Below are positions 45,195 to 51,699 of a stretch of 64,000 nt of DNA, in pieces. The notes below the pieces were generated by a model that had not been told where the DNA came from, made no database searches, and was given only the letters and a program-made list of their open reading frames with translations. Positions within the stretch are counted from its first letter, which is position 1. Every line of letters starts with the position of its first letter. Position numbers and translations under genes: made by a program. The stretch is from a phage: sequence record OR896157.1; one strand, written 5' to 3'.

Positions 45195-45455
45195 TTATTT
45201 CATTCTGTTGAAATATTTTTCAGCTGCTTCGTCATCTTTATGGTAGGTCTTAGTCAAAGCTACCGGGCGAACGTTGAAAGTGTTAAGAGAATCGCGAGCA
45301 ATCACGATAGTAAACCAACGGCCATCATCATTACCTAAAGCAGCATAACGATAAGTATCCCATACGAATTGCTTAATGCTTTTGATATCGTTCAAAGAAT
45401 TTGCTAAATCTGAATGACCGTTCTTAGCGAGTTTTTCTGTGATGATGTTGAACAT
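45195..45455 (-). CDS. hypothetical protein
   Basis: 86-aa ORF. Confidence 0.5.
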   Translation of the reverse strand: MFNIITEKLAKNGHSDLANSLNDIKSIKQFVWDTYRYAALGNDDGRWFTIVIARDSLNTFNVRPVALTKTYHKDDEAAEKYFNRMK

Positions 45456-45487
45456 TTTCTTTTACTCCGTTTGTTTTTGATGGAGCT

Positions 45488-45516
45488 ATAATAACACATC
45501 TAGAACCAATGTAAAC
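45488..45516 (-). promoter_or_regulatory. T4-type early promoter (GTTTAC-N17-TATTAT)
   Basis: minus-strand motifs. Confidence 0.55.
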
Positions 45517-45548
45517 GGCTGAAGTGAAAGATTTTAAAGAAGAGATTT

Positions 45549-45580
45549 GGATTCACCAGAACGGTTGAGAGGAACTTTCT
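45549..45580. repeat. 32-bp element GGATTCACCAGAACGGTTGAGAGGAACTTTCT, copy B
   Basis: identical to 22517-22548; same position relative to promoter and terminator. Confidence 0.7.
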
Positions 45581-45610
45581 AGAAGGGAATGATTAAACCA
45601 TTGGCTATAC

Positions 45611-45649
45611 ATACAAAAATGCCCTGAGTGTCATAGAGATACCCAGGGC
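45611..45649 (-). terminator. intrinsic terminator
   Basis: minus-strand GC stem (GCCCUG...CAGGGC) followed by AUUUUUGUAUG. Confidence 0.5.
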
Positions 45650-45656
45650 ATTAAAA

Positions 45657-46310
45657 TTACTTAGTTTCTACCTTTTTGAGTGCTTTGGCACGAACGTCCA
45701 CACGGTGCGCCGACTCTATATATTTGCGAACTTCTTTAGCTATGCCAGTAGTGTAAGCTACAGTTTCGACTGTCGTATACAAGTCCATCAGCTCAGGAGT
45801 GTCGATGTTGCTGATGTTACGACCTCTGCGGATTTTAGCAAACTGAGTTTTAAGTGCAGCACCATCTTTAGAAATTTCGTTGAGAAGAGCGAGAATCTTC
45901 TCATACTTGTTTACGATGCCTTTAACGTCAAACTTGTAAAGGTCTGCGCTAACTTTAGGAGCCGGCGTCGCTTTAGGTGTCTGAACTGGAGCTGCAGGTT
46001 TAACTGCTGGTGCCGCTTTAGGAGCAGGAGCTTTCACTGCAGCAGCTTTAGGTTCTTTTGGTGCTTTTGCCGGAGATTTAATGCCTCTCAGAGTTTTAAA
46101 AGCATTTTGTACTTTGTAATAATCTTGTGGATTAGAAGTTCCAATACCATAAAGTTTTTGGACTGATGCAGCAAATTTCATGAAGTCGTTACGTTCGCCA
46201 GGAGGAACTAAATCCATAGCACTCTGCCACTTCATTTTAGTCATGCGTTCGCCAGCTTCAGTAATCATGTTGAAGCTAGATTCTGTAATAAATTCTTTAA
46301 AGTTAAGCAT
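45657..46310 (-). CDS. internal head protein-like (capsid-targeting sequence MLNFKEFITE) with Ala/Pro/Lys-rich linker
   Basis: track ORF trimmed to internal ATG 46310; N-terminus resembles T4 IP targeting peptide; low-complexity KAPKEPKAAAVKAPAPKAAPAVKPAAP segment. Confidence 0.5.
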   Translation of the reverse strand: MLNFKEFITESSFNMITEAGERMTKMKWQSAMDLVPPGERNDFMKFAASVQKLYGIGTSNPQDYYKVQNAFKTLRGIKSPAKAPKEPKAAAVKAPAPKAAPAVKPAAPVQTPKATPAPKVSADLYKFDVKGIVNKYEKILALLNEISKDGAALKTQFAKIRRGRNISNIDTPELMDLYTTVETVAYTTGIAKEVRKYIESAHRVDVRAKALKKVETK

Positions 46311-46329
46311 AATAGGGTTCCGTGTTAGT

Positions 46330-46585
46330 TTATTGTTGTATTTATATGCAACAACACCCCGTCCGAAGACAGGGCGTAAGAATCGACAGCACCACCTACT
46401 GGCAGATGGCCTGCAGAAGTTCATTCCCAGCGACTCGGAGGCATCAGTCTCGCCCCTGGGAATATAGCGTCGTGGAGGTGTCACTTTGCAGGTGATTAAC
46501 AACCGGTGGCTCCGTAGAACCGTTGCGGCAAGGGCTAACCTTCTCTTCTAACACGACGTCTTCATACGAGAGCTGCAACTCTCTG
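46330..46585 (-). ncRNA. GC-rich structured non-coding island (candidate ncRNA)
   Basis: ~250 nt far more GC-rich than flanks; minus-strand CCCUGUC-UUCG-GACGGGG hairpin at 46353-46370; reading frames through it give R/P/C/G-rich junk. Confidence 0.3.
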
Positions 46586-46587
46586 TA

Positions 46588-46788
46588 TTAGCTTAGATGC
46601 TTAACCGCATCGCAATCGTAAACAAAATAACTCGTTCCATATGGGTCAGAGATATTATTGAAATAATCATAAACTTTCTGTTCAGCTTCTCCATCAGAGT
46701 CAGCATCTACTGTGAACAGTTCTTCTTTAATTCTTCCGCCGTCTTCCATGTATTCTGCGATTTTATAACGTACTTGAACTAAACGCAT
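46588..46788 (-). CDS. hypothetical acidic protein
   Basis: 66-aa ORF. Confidence 0.4.
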   Translation of the reverse strand: MRLVQVRYKIAEYMEDGGRIKEELFTVDADSDGEAEQKVYDYFNNISDPYGTSYFVYDCDAVKHLS

Positions 46789-46803
46789 TGTGTTTTCCTC
46801 ATT

Positions 46804-46879
46804 TGGTGCCGGTTAACGGATTCGAACCGCTGACCCTCTCATTACAAATGAGCTGCTCTACCAACTGAGCTAAACCGGC
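46804..46879 (-). tRNA. tRNA-Thr (anticodon UGU)
   Basis: manual fold: acceptor GCCGGUU/AACCGGC, D GCUC..GAGC, anticodon loop UUUGUAA, T-loop GGUUCGAAUCC, CCA encoded. Confidence 0.8.
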
Positions 46880-46880
46880 T

Positions 46881-46965
46881 TGGTGCATCAAGAGGGATTC
46901 GAACCCTCAATCCTTTCGGCGGGGCATTTTAAGTGCCCTGTGTATACCAGTTCCACCATTGATGC
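46881..46965 (-). tRNA. tRNA-Leu (anticodon UAA), class II
   Basis: acceptor GCAUCAA/UUGAUGC, anticodon loop CUUAAAA, 13-nt variable arm, T-arm GAGGG-UUCGAAU-CCCUC. Confidence 0.8.
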
Positions 46966-46971
46966 GAAATT

Positions 46972-47056
46972 TGGAGCTAGGAGTGAGATTCGAACTCACG
47001 AAGGGATACCCGGCGGATTTGCAATCCGCTGCCTTTGGCCACTCAGCAACCCTAGC
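46972..47056 (-). tRNA. tRNA with class-II architecture and anticodon GCA (Cys-type)
   Basis: acceptor GCUAGGG/UCCUAGC, anticodon stem-loop GCGGA-UUGCAAA-UCCGC, 13-nt variable arm CGGGUAUCCCUUC; assignment tentative. Confidence 0.5.
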
Positions 47057-47060
47057 AAAT

Positions 47061-47138
47061 TGGTCGAGGTAGAGGGATTCGAACCCGTCGACCTGTGGAT
47101 TAGAAGTCCACTGCTCTATCCAGCTGAGCTATACCCCG
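47061..47138 (-). tRNA. tRNA-Arg (anticodon UCU)
   Basis: acceptor CGGGGUA/UACCUCG, D GCUC..GAGC, anticodon loop CUUCUAA; T-stem has only 3 clean pairs. Confidence 0.7.
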
Positions 47139-47142
47139 AGTG

Positions 47143-47268
47143 TGTTCAGACAGGACTCGAACCTGTAAGCATGTTCTTGCGGCGTTTTACCACCGTCGTC
47201 AGCATATGATTCAATATGCGAACTCAAAAGGTGTTGGACCCCTTGTCTACCAATTCCAGCACTGAACA
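47143..47268 (-). ncRNA. 126-nt tRNA-like stable RNA candidate (possibly rnaC/rnaD-type)
   Basis: 7-bp acceptor-like helix UGUUCAG/CUGAACA and canonical T-arm ACAGG-UUCGAGU-CCUGU enclose ~93 nt with D-loop-like AAUUGGUAGA but no canonical anticodon arm. Confidence 0.4.
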
Positions 47269-47278
47269 ACTTTATTTA

Positions 47279-47503
47279 TTACATATCAACTTGAGTAAAC
47301 CAGTTGATTTTGAAATACTCATCAAAATGAAGAGCAGGTTCAACTTGAGTATCTTCCTCAAGAAGAATTAAATTCTTTCTTACAATCGGGTCAAGATGAG
47401 TTGTGTTTAAGCAGCTATCATGCCAATATGTAAGAACTCGATTTGATTCAGTATCAACGAGATAACGAACATTCATATCAGGATGTCGGTACAGATTAAT
47501 CAT
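47279..47503 (-). CDS. hypothetical protein
   Basis: 74-aa ORF. Confidence 0.45.
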   Translation of the reverse strand: MINLYRHPDMNVRYLVDTESNRVLTYWHDSCLNTTHLDPIVRKNLILLEEDTQVEPALHFDEYFKINWFTQVDM

Positions 47504-47506
47504 AAT

Positions 47507-47956
47507 CTATTTCTCTTGAAGCATTTTGCGTAAACGATAGAGCTGATTACAAAATTCCTTTTCAGTCAAAACTGTTTCAGAGATTTTGTTCTTGCCCATA
47601 CTGTGGGTTAATGTTGCGTTACGAGTAGCAATCAATGCTTTTTGGAATCCAGTGTTTTGAGCAAGTGCGTCATAAGCTCCAGTTAAAAGATTCTGGTATG
47701 CTTCAGATGCTCGATGAATAGGAACACCCTTCCAATAAAGTGTTTGAGTAGGCCACCAACGCTTCTTCTTACCTTTGAACTTTGCTGCCTTTCCAACCAA
47801 TGTGCAAACATGAGCTTGCATTTCAGGGTTAGAAAATTTGAGGGATTGTAAAAATCCCTCCATTGAAGCACATTCTACACCATCATAAACGAAAGCATGT
47901 GGTGCAAAGTTACTTAAAGCACAAGAAGGATATGAACTTCCAGAGCCAATGTCCAT
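47507..47956 (-). CDS. NADAR/YbiA-like protein (DUF1768), candidate ADP-ribose glycohydrolase
   Basis: 149-aa ORF; SNFAPHAFVYDGVECASMEGFLQSLKF resembles remembered E. coli YbiA core (SNFA..DG..SEHYFQAQKF); downstream W...ALxAT pattern also shared. Confidence 0.5.
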   Translation of the reverse strand: MDIGSGSSYPSCALSNFAPHAFVYDGVECASMEGFLQSLKFSNPEMQAHVCTLVGKAAKFKGKKKRWWPTQTLYWKGVPIHRASEAYQNLLTGAYDALAQNTGFQKALIATRNATLTHSMGKNKISETVLTEKEFCNQLYRLRKMLQEK

Positions 47957-48187
47957 TTAATTACCGTGAGATATTCTAGAAGGTTTCTTACCAAAATAAT
48001 ATTCATATGAGCCATCTAAACGACCTGCTTTAGTGCGGCAATATGAATCCCATTTCTTATAATGCCGCCATTCATCATTGTATCTTGGATGACGGTCAGC
48101 GATTAAAATCTCTAATGGCCAACCAGGCGCAAAGGAACGGAGCCGTTCGACCTTTCTAATGTATCTTTTCTTTAAGATTTTCTTCAT
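47957..48187 (-). CDS. hypothetical basic protein
   Basis: 76-aa ORF. Confidence 0.45.
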   Translation of the reverse strand: MKKILKKRYIRKVERLRSFAPGWPLEILIADRHPRYNDEWRHYKKWDSYCRTKAGRLDGSYEYYFGKKPSRISHGN

Positions 48188-48405
48188 ATAGATTCCGACA
48201 TTACGTGAGTAGTTCTCTTTCTGATTGTAAATTGAGTTAATTCATCAACTTCACCACAACGCCAAGCGTCATCTTCAGTTTCAAAACCAAGAGCCTCGAA
48301 TAAGTTGCCTAAACGCCAACCTTCGTCAAACTCGGGGTCTCCTGAAAAATAGTAATAGTAATCGCCAGTTACTAAATCTTGAATTACAAAATCAAACTTT
48401 TCCAT
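48184..48405 (-). CDS. hypothetical acidic protein
   Basis: 73-aa ORF. Confidence 0.45.
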   Translation of the reverse strand: MEKFDFVIQDLVTGDYYYYFSGDPEFDEGWRLGNLFEALGFETEDDAWRCGEVDELTQFTIRKRTTHVMSESI

Positions 48406-48902
48406 CAGATACTTACCACAGTAATAGCTTCAGGAGCTTTAGGAATAACGATATCTTCTTCAATGTAGAAGAGCTTAAATGTTTCAGCTACACGCATAAA
48501 GTCAATATCATAACCGACTGGAGTTCCAATCAATTCTTGAATCTTATCCATCACTTTATACTGAACTTGATAGAAATCTTCAAGACGAGCATCGAATTCA
48601 TCTTCAGTATAATCACCTTCTGGGATTACAAAGCCAAGCACTTCTGAACAGAACTCTGGAGTGATTTCTTCATTTTCAACACAGTATTCAAAGAAAGCAT
48701 CACCGGAATAATCTTCATTACCCATTCCATTAGGGTCTGAATTATCAGATGCAAAACATTTAGCAACGGCACACCAACCTGAAACGTGTCTAGCATTTAC
48801 AGCATAAATCACATTCTCTTGATAATCATCGCCATCGTTTTCCCATGATACACATGATACTGCATAACCTTTAGGGATAGTTTGACCAAAGCGGAGTTCC
48901 AT
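48405..48902 (-). CDS. hypothetical acidic protein
   Basis: 165-aa ORF. Confidence 0.5.
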   Translation of the reverse strand: MELRFGQTIPKGYAVSCVSWENDGDDYQENVIYAVNARHVSGWCAVAKCFASDNSDPNGMGNEDYSGDAFFEYCVENEEITPEFCSEVLGFVIPEGDYTEDEFDARLEDFYQVQYKVMDKIQELIGTPVGYDIDFMRVAETFKLFYIEEDIVIPKAPEAITVVSI

Positions 48903-48912
48903 AATATTTCCT

Positions 48913-49287
48913 TCAATTAAATGGTGGAAGAGATTTCTTATATAAATCTATCATCATTCGCCATTTAGCAATTACTTTAGAATACGGAGATTTATGAGAG
49001 AATTGCGAAATGTCAGAATAATCAAGTTCAGGCAGTGGAGTTAAATGACCCATCAGCTCACGAGGAAATTGATGAAAACAATTCATCAAATCTTTGTAAA
49101 CATAATCAAGTAAGTCTTTAACATCAAAGAATTGGGTATTTAGTCCTTCTTTGGAATAACGATATTTCAAAAATTTCCAATGACCGGACTTAGAATCTTG
49201 AGTAAACGCGTAATCACTATGAAGCATGATATCGCGAACAAAATCTTCAGAAAAGAAGATGGAGTGAGTGCAACCATAATAAATCAT
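48913..49287 (-). CDS. hypothetical protein (124 aa)
   Basis: track ORF trimmed to ATG 49287 (GAGGA SD) so it no longer overlaps tRNA-Met. Confidence 0.5.
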   Translation of the reverse strand: MIYYGCTHSIFFSEDFVRDIMLHSDYAFTQDSKSGHWKFLKYRYSKEGLNTQFFDVKDLLDYVYKDLMNCFHQFPRELMGHLTPLPELDYSDISQFSHKSPYSKVIAKWRMMIDLYKKSLPPFN

Positions 49288-49305
49288 AATATTTTCCTCA
49301 GAATT

Positions 49306-49382
49306 TGGTGACCCCAGCAGGACTCGAACCTGCAACCTAGCGATTATGAGTCGCGTGCTCTAACCAATTGAGCTATAGGGCC
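49306..49382 (-). tRNA. tRNA-Met (anticodon CAU), elongator-type
   Basis: acceptor GGCCCUA/UGGGGUC, D GCUC..GAGC, anticodon loop CUCAUAA, T-arm GCAGG-UUCGAGU-CCUGC, CCA encoded. Confidence 0.8.
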
Positions 49383-49409
49383 AAAGTCCTCCTAAGAGGA
49401 CCGAGGGTA

Positions 49410-49634
49410 TTATTCAACCATGAAATCTGCTACTTCATCAAAGTCGTTATTGATGACAACAGTAAATGGCAGAGCTTCATCACTTGTTTTGATAGTCAGC
49501 TTAACAAAACCATCAACAGTTTCAACCAAACCAACGATTTTATCTGAACGCACTACAGCACGAGCTACGTCAACAATTTTACCAGTCATTGCAAATGTAG
49601 CGATTTGGTTAACTTCAACAACGATACGTTTCAT
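49410..49634 (-). CDS. hypothetical protein
   Basis: 74-aa ORF. Confidence 0.45.
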   Translation of the reverse strand: MKRIVVEVNQIATFAMTGKIVDVARAVVRSDKIVGLVETVDGFVKLTIKTSDEALPFTVVINNDFDEVADFMVE

Positions 49635-49695
49635 TCTTTTTCCTTAGTGGTTTTGATAAGGTAATTATATACTGAATTTTTAAAGCGTTTTCACT

Positions 49696-49729
49696 AAAAA
49701 GCCCCGTAACAGATTTCTCTGCTCGGGGC
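49696..49729 (-). terminator. intrinsic terminator at the distal end of the tRNA array
   Basis: minus-strand GCCCCG...CGGGGC stem followed by UUUUUAGUG. Confidence 0.55.
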
Positions 49730-49735
49730 GTCATT

Positions 49736-49810
49736 TGGTGGGAAGTGTTGGAATCGAACCAACCTCTCATGCTCTTCAGGCACGCGCTAATCCATCTCAG
49801 CTAACTTCCC
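49736..49810 (-). tRNA. tRNA-Phe (anticodon GAA)
   Basis: acceptor GGGAAGU/ACUUCCC, anticodon stem-loop CGUGC-CUGAAGA-GCAUG, T-arm GUUGG-UUCGAUU-CCAAC. Confidence 0.65.
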
Positions 49811-49813
49811 GAT

Positions 49814-49890
49814 TGGTCGGTGCGGCAGGATTTGAACCTGCGACCCCTTGGTCCCAAACCAAGTGCTCTACCAAACTGAGCTACACACCG
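49814..49890 (-). tRNA. tRNA-Pro (anticodon UGG)
   Basis: acceptor CGGUGUG/CGCACCG, D GCUC..GAGC, anticodon loop UUUGGGA, T-arm GCAGG-UUCAAAU-CCUGC. Confidence 0.85.
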
Positions 49891-49896
49891 TTAATT

Positions 49897-49971
49897 TGGA
49901 GCATCCAGAGAGAATCGAACTCTCATCTACTGGGTGGAAGCCAGTCATAATAGCCGCTATACGATGGATGC
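49897..49971 (-). tRNA. tRNA-Gly (anticodon UCC)
   Basis: acceptor GCAUCCA/UGGAUGC, anticodon stem-loop ACUGG-CUUCCAC-CCAGU, T-arm GAGAG-UUCGAUU-CUCUC. Confidence 0.8.
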
Positions 49972-49978
49972 AATTTGT

Positions 49979-50070
49979 ACGGAACGCCTGGATTCGAACC
50001 AGGTTAAATTGCGATTGACGTCACAATTTATCTTATGAAGGCCATGCCTCTACCATATCCGAACGTTCCG
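49979..50070 (-). tRNA. atypical tRNA-like gene / possible pseudo-tRNA with CAU-type anticodon loop (UUCAUAA) and a 9-bp hairpin insertion
   Basis: perfect 7-bp acceptor CGGAACG/CGUUCCG and T-arm CCUGG-UUCGAAU-CCAGG, but weak D and anticodon stems and a 26-nt perfect hairpin before the T-arm. Confidence 0.35.
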
Positions 50071-50121
50071 TCAAAAACGCTACTCGGCTTACGGCTTAGG
50101 CAATTCCTCGAACCGATAATT

Positions 50122-50195
50122 TGGCAGGCCCCGTAGGAATCGAACCCACGTCACTGAGGTTGGAGCTCAGGATAATACCACTATACGAGAGACCT
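50122..50195 (-). tRNA. tRNA-Trp (anticodon CCA)
   Basis: acceptor AGGUCUC/GGGGCCU (two G-U), anticodon stem-loop CUGAG-CUCCAAC-CUCAG, T-loop UUCGAUU. Confidence 0.7.
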
Positions 50196-50199
50196 AAAA

Positions 50200-50293
50200 T
50201 GGAGGAAGCGGTGGGATTCGAACCCACGGACCGTATCACTACGGCCTCCGCATTTCAAGTGCGGTGCAATTAACCAGACTCTGCCACGCTTCC
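50200..50293 (-). tRNA. tRNA-Ser (anticodon UGA), class II
   Basis: acceptor GGAAGCG/CGCUUCC, anticodon stem-loop CCGCA-CUUGAAA-UGCGG, long variable arm, T-arm GUGGG-UUCGAAU-CCCAC. Confidence 0.85.
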
Positions 50294-50297
50294 GAAT

Positions 50298-50373
50298 TGG
50301 GGTGACCGATGGGAGTTGAACCCATGACTACGAGAATCACAATCTCGAGTTCTACCAACTGAACTACGGCCAC
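50298..50373 (-). tRNA. tRNA-His (anticodon GUG)
   Basis: acceptor GUGGCCG/CGGUCAC, D GUUC..GAAC, anticodon stem-loop CGAGA-UUGUGAU-UCUCG. Confidence 0.85.
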
Positions 50374-50587
50374 ATCAATATTCACTCCAGCAATCATGAT
50401 GCCTTCACACGAAATTGAGAGAAGAGTGATCAGTTCAACCCTTGTAGACGCGTCAAGTAAATATTGATGTGACAGCTTATTTAAGAAGAGTGAGAGTCCC
50501 AGTCTTGTACGGAGTAACCATTTATGCATTGGCAGCTATCGCGCGGTTCGCACTTCCGATAAATGGACTTACCGTTACACTCTAATT

Positions 50588-50662
50588 TGGCTGGACTATC
50601 TGGATTCGAACCAGAGATACCGGAGTCAAAGGCCGGTGACTTAACCGCTTGTCTATAGTCCA
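50588..50662 (-). tRNA. tRNA-Gln (anticodon UUG)
   Basis: acceptor UGGACUA/UAGUCCA, anticodon loop CUUUGAC, T-arm UCUGG-UUCGAAU-CCAGA. Confidence 0.8.
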
Positions 50663-50668
50663 ATTGTT

Positions 50669-50745
50669 TGGAGGCGGGTGATGGACTCGAACCATCGCGT
50701 AACGGGATATGAACCCGTCATTCTACCAACTGAAGTTAACCCGCA
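50669..50745 (-). tRNA. tRNA-Met (anticodon CAU), initiator-like features
   Basis: anticodon stem ACGGG/CCCGU with three consecutive G-C pairs next to loop UUCAUAU; position 1:72 mismatched; T-arm GAUGG-UUCGAGU-CCAUC. Confidence 0.65.
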
Positions 50746-50898
50746 TCTATCCGGATTCTTGAAGTACTAACAAGTAGCTTGATGTAGAACACGCTAAAGA
50801 TATAATCTTACGAATATAGAGCTTATTCCGTGGGAACAAACAGCTTCGTCCTCGGCATTATCTTACAGGACTCTGACTTATCTTCAAGAACTGCCTCG

Positions 50899-51363
50899 TT
50901 ATTTTATGAACTTATTTATGAATCGTCTAGCTTGAGTATGACTGACTCCAAGTTCATTTGCAAATTTTACTAATGCACCACGTTTTGTGAAATCAATAGA
51001 ATTATATAAATCTATTCTTAAAGCAATTTCATCTGCAGTGAATTTATGAGCATGATTTTCTGATATTTTTATTTTTGTTTCATCAGAATGATTATGTCCA
51101 GTAAAACCAGTAGATACGATTCTTCCATTTGCGCCAGCGTCTTTAGCATTTTGCGCATTAGTTGCGCAATAAATGTTATCCAAAGAATATGGTCCAACAT
51201 CTCCTTTACGACACATACAATAATTATCTGAGGCTCTACCGCGCAAATGATATTTGCCAGTAGCTTTCCACCATGATAGCCATTCATCAAATGTCAGTTT
51301 AAATTCAATACCTCTTGATTTAGCATGCACTTTTTGCATGCGATACTTTTCATAATCTTTCAT
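50899..51363 (-). CDS. putative freestanding homing endonuclease-like protein (nuclease-like N-half, HTH-like C-half) inside the tRNA array
   Basis: 154-aa ORF; N-terminal GIEFKLTFDEW...NYCMCRKGDVGPYSLDNIYCATNAQNAKD, C-terminal helix-turn-helix-like; T4 carries segB at the analogous place. Confidence 0.4.
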   Translation of the reverse strand: MKDYEKYRMQKVHAKSRGIEFKLTFDEWLSWWKATGKYHLRGRASDNYCMCRKGDVGPYSLDNIYCATNAQNAKDAGANGRIVSTGFTGHNHSDETKIKISENHAHKFTADEIALRIDLYNSIDFTKRGALVKFANELGVSHTQARRFINKFIK

Positions 51364-51377
51364 ATTACTCTCATATT

Positions 51378-51454
51378 TGGCAGTGCTGACGGGTTTCGAA
51401 CCCGCGATCTCTCCCGTGACAGGGGAGTGTCTTGACCATCTCGACTACAGCACT
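51378..51454 (-). tRNA. tRNA-Asp (anticodon GUC)
   Basis: acceptor AGUGCUG/CAGCACU, anticodon stem-loop CUCCC-CUGUCAC-GGGAG, T-loop UUCGAAA. Confidence 0.85.
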
Positions 51455-51699
51455 ATAAATTTACTTTCGTGAGTATGGGATTACCCTCAAGCCTTCCGGA
51501 AAGCTGAATAGGCGTTATTGGCTCTCATATACCCGTGCACAGATATAATCTTCATTAACGCAATAACTTCATCAATATACTCCGAAAGTAAACTTTCGGC
51601 GCCGTATTTAATTTTGACTGTGTAGTTATCGTTGAGGGAACTCACAGACAGGGATTAAAGTGCCGACGACTTATCAGAACGTCTTCTGACTTCTACATT

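Noticed and set aside
46311-46502. N-terminal 64 codons of the listed 281-aa ORF 45657-46502
   Set aside because: This extension is a translation of the GC-rich island (Arg/Pro/Cys/Gly-rich); the recognisable protein starts at the internal ATG 46310 with a capsid-targeting-like peptide.
46880-47209. 109-aa plus-strand ORF across the first tRNA block
   Set aside because: Runs antisense through four tRNA genes; its amino-acid sequence is just the reading of tRNA complements.
49735-49950. 71-aa plus-strand ORF
   Set aside because: Lies entirely over the tRNA-Phe/Pro/Gly genes on the opposite strand.
50239-50663. Two minus-strand ORFs (96 and 60 aa) in the tRNA array
   Set aside because: They read through tRNA-Ser, tRNA-His and tRNA-Gln; no SD; composition is atypical.
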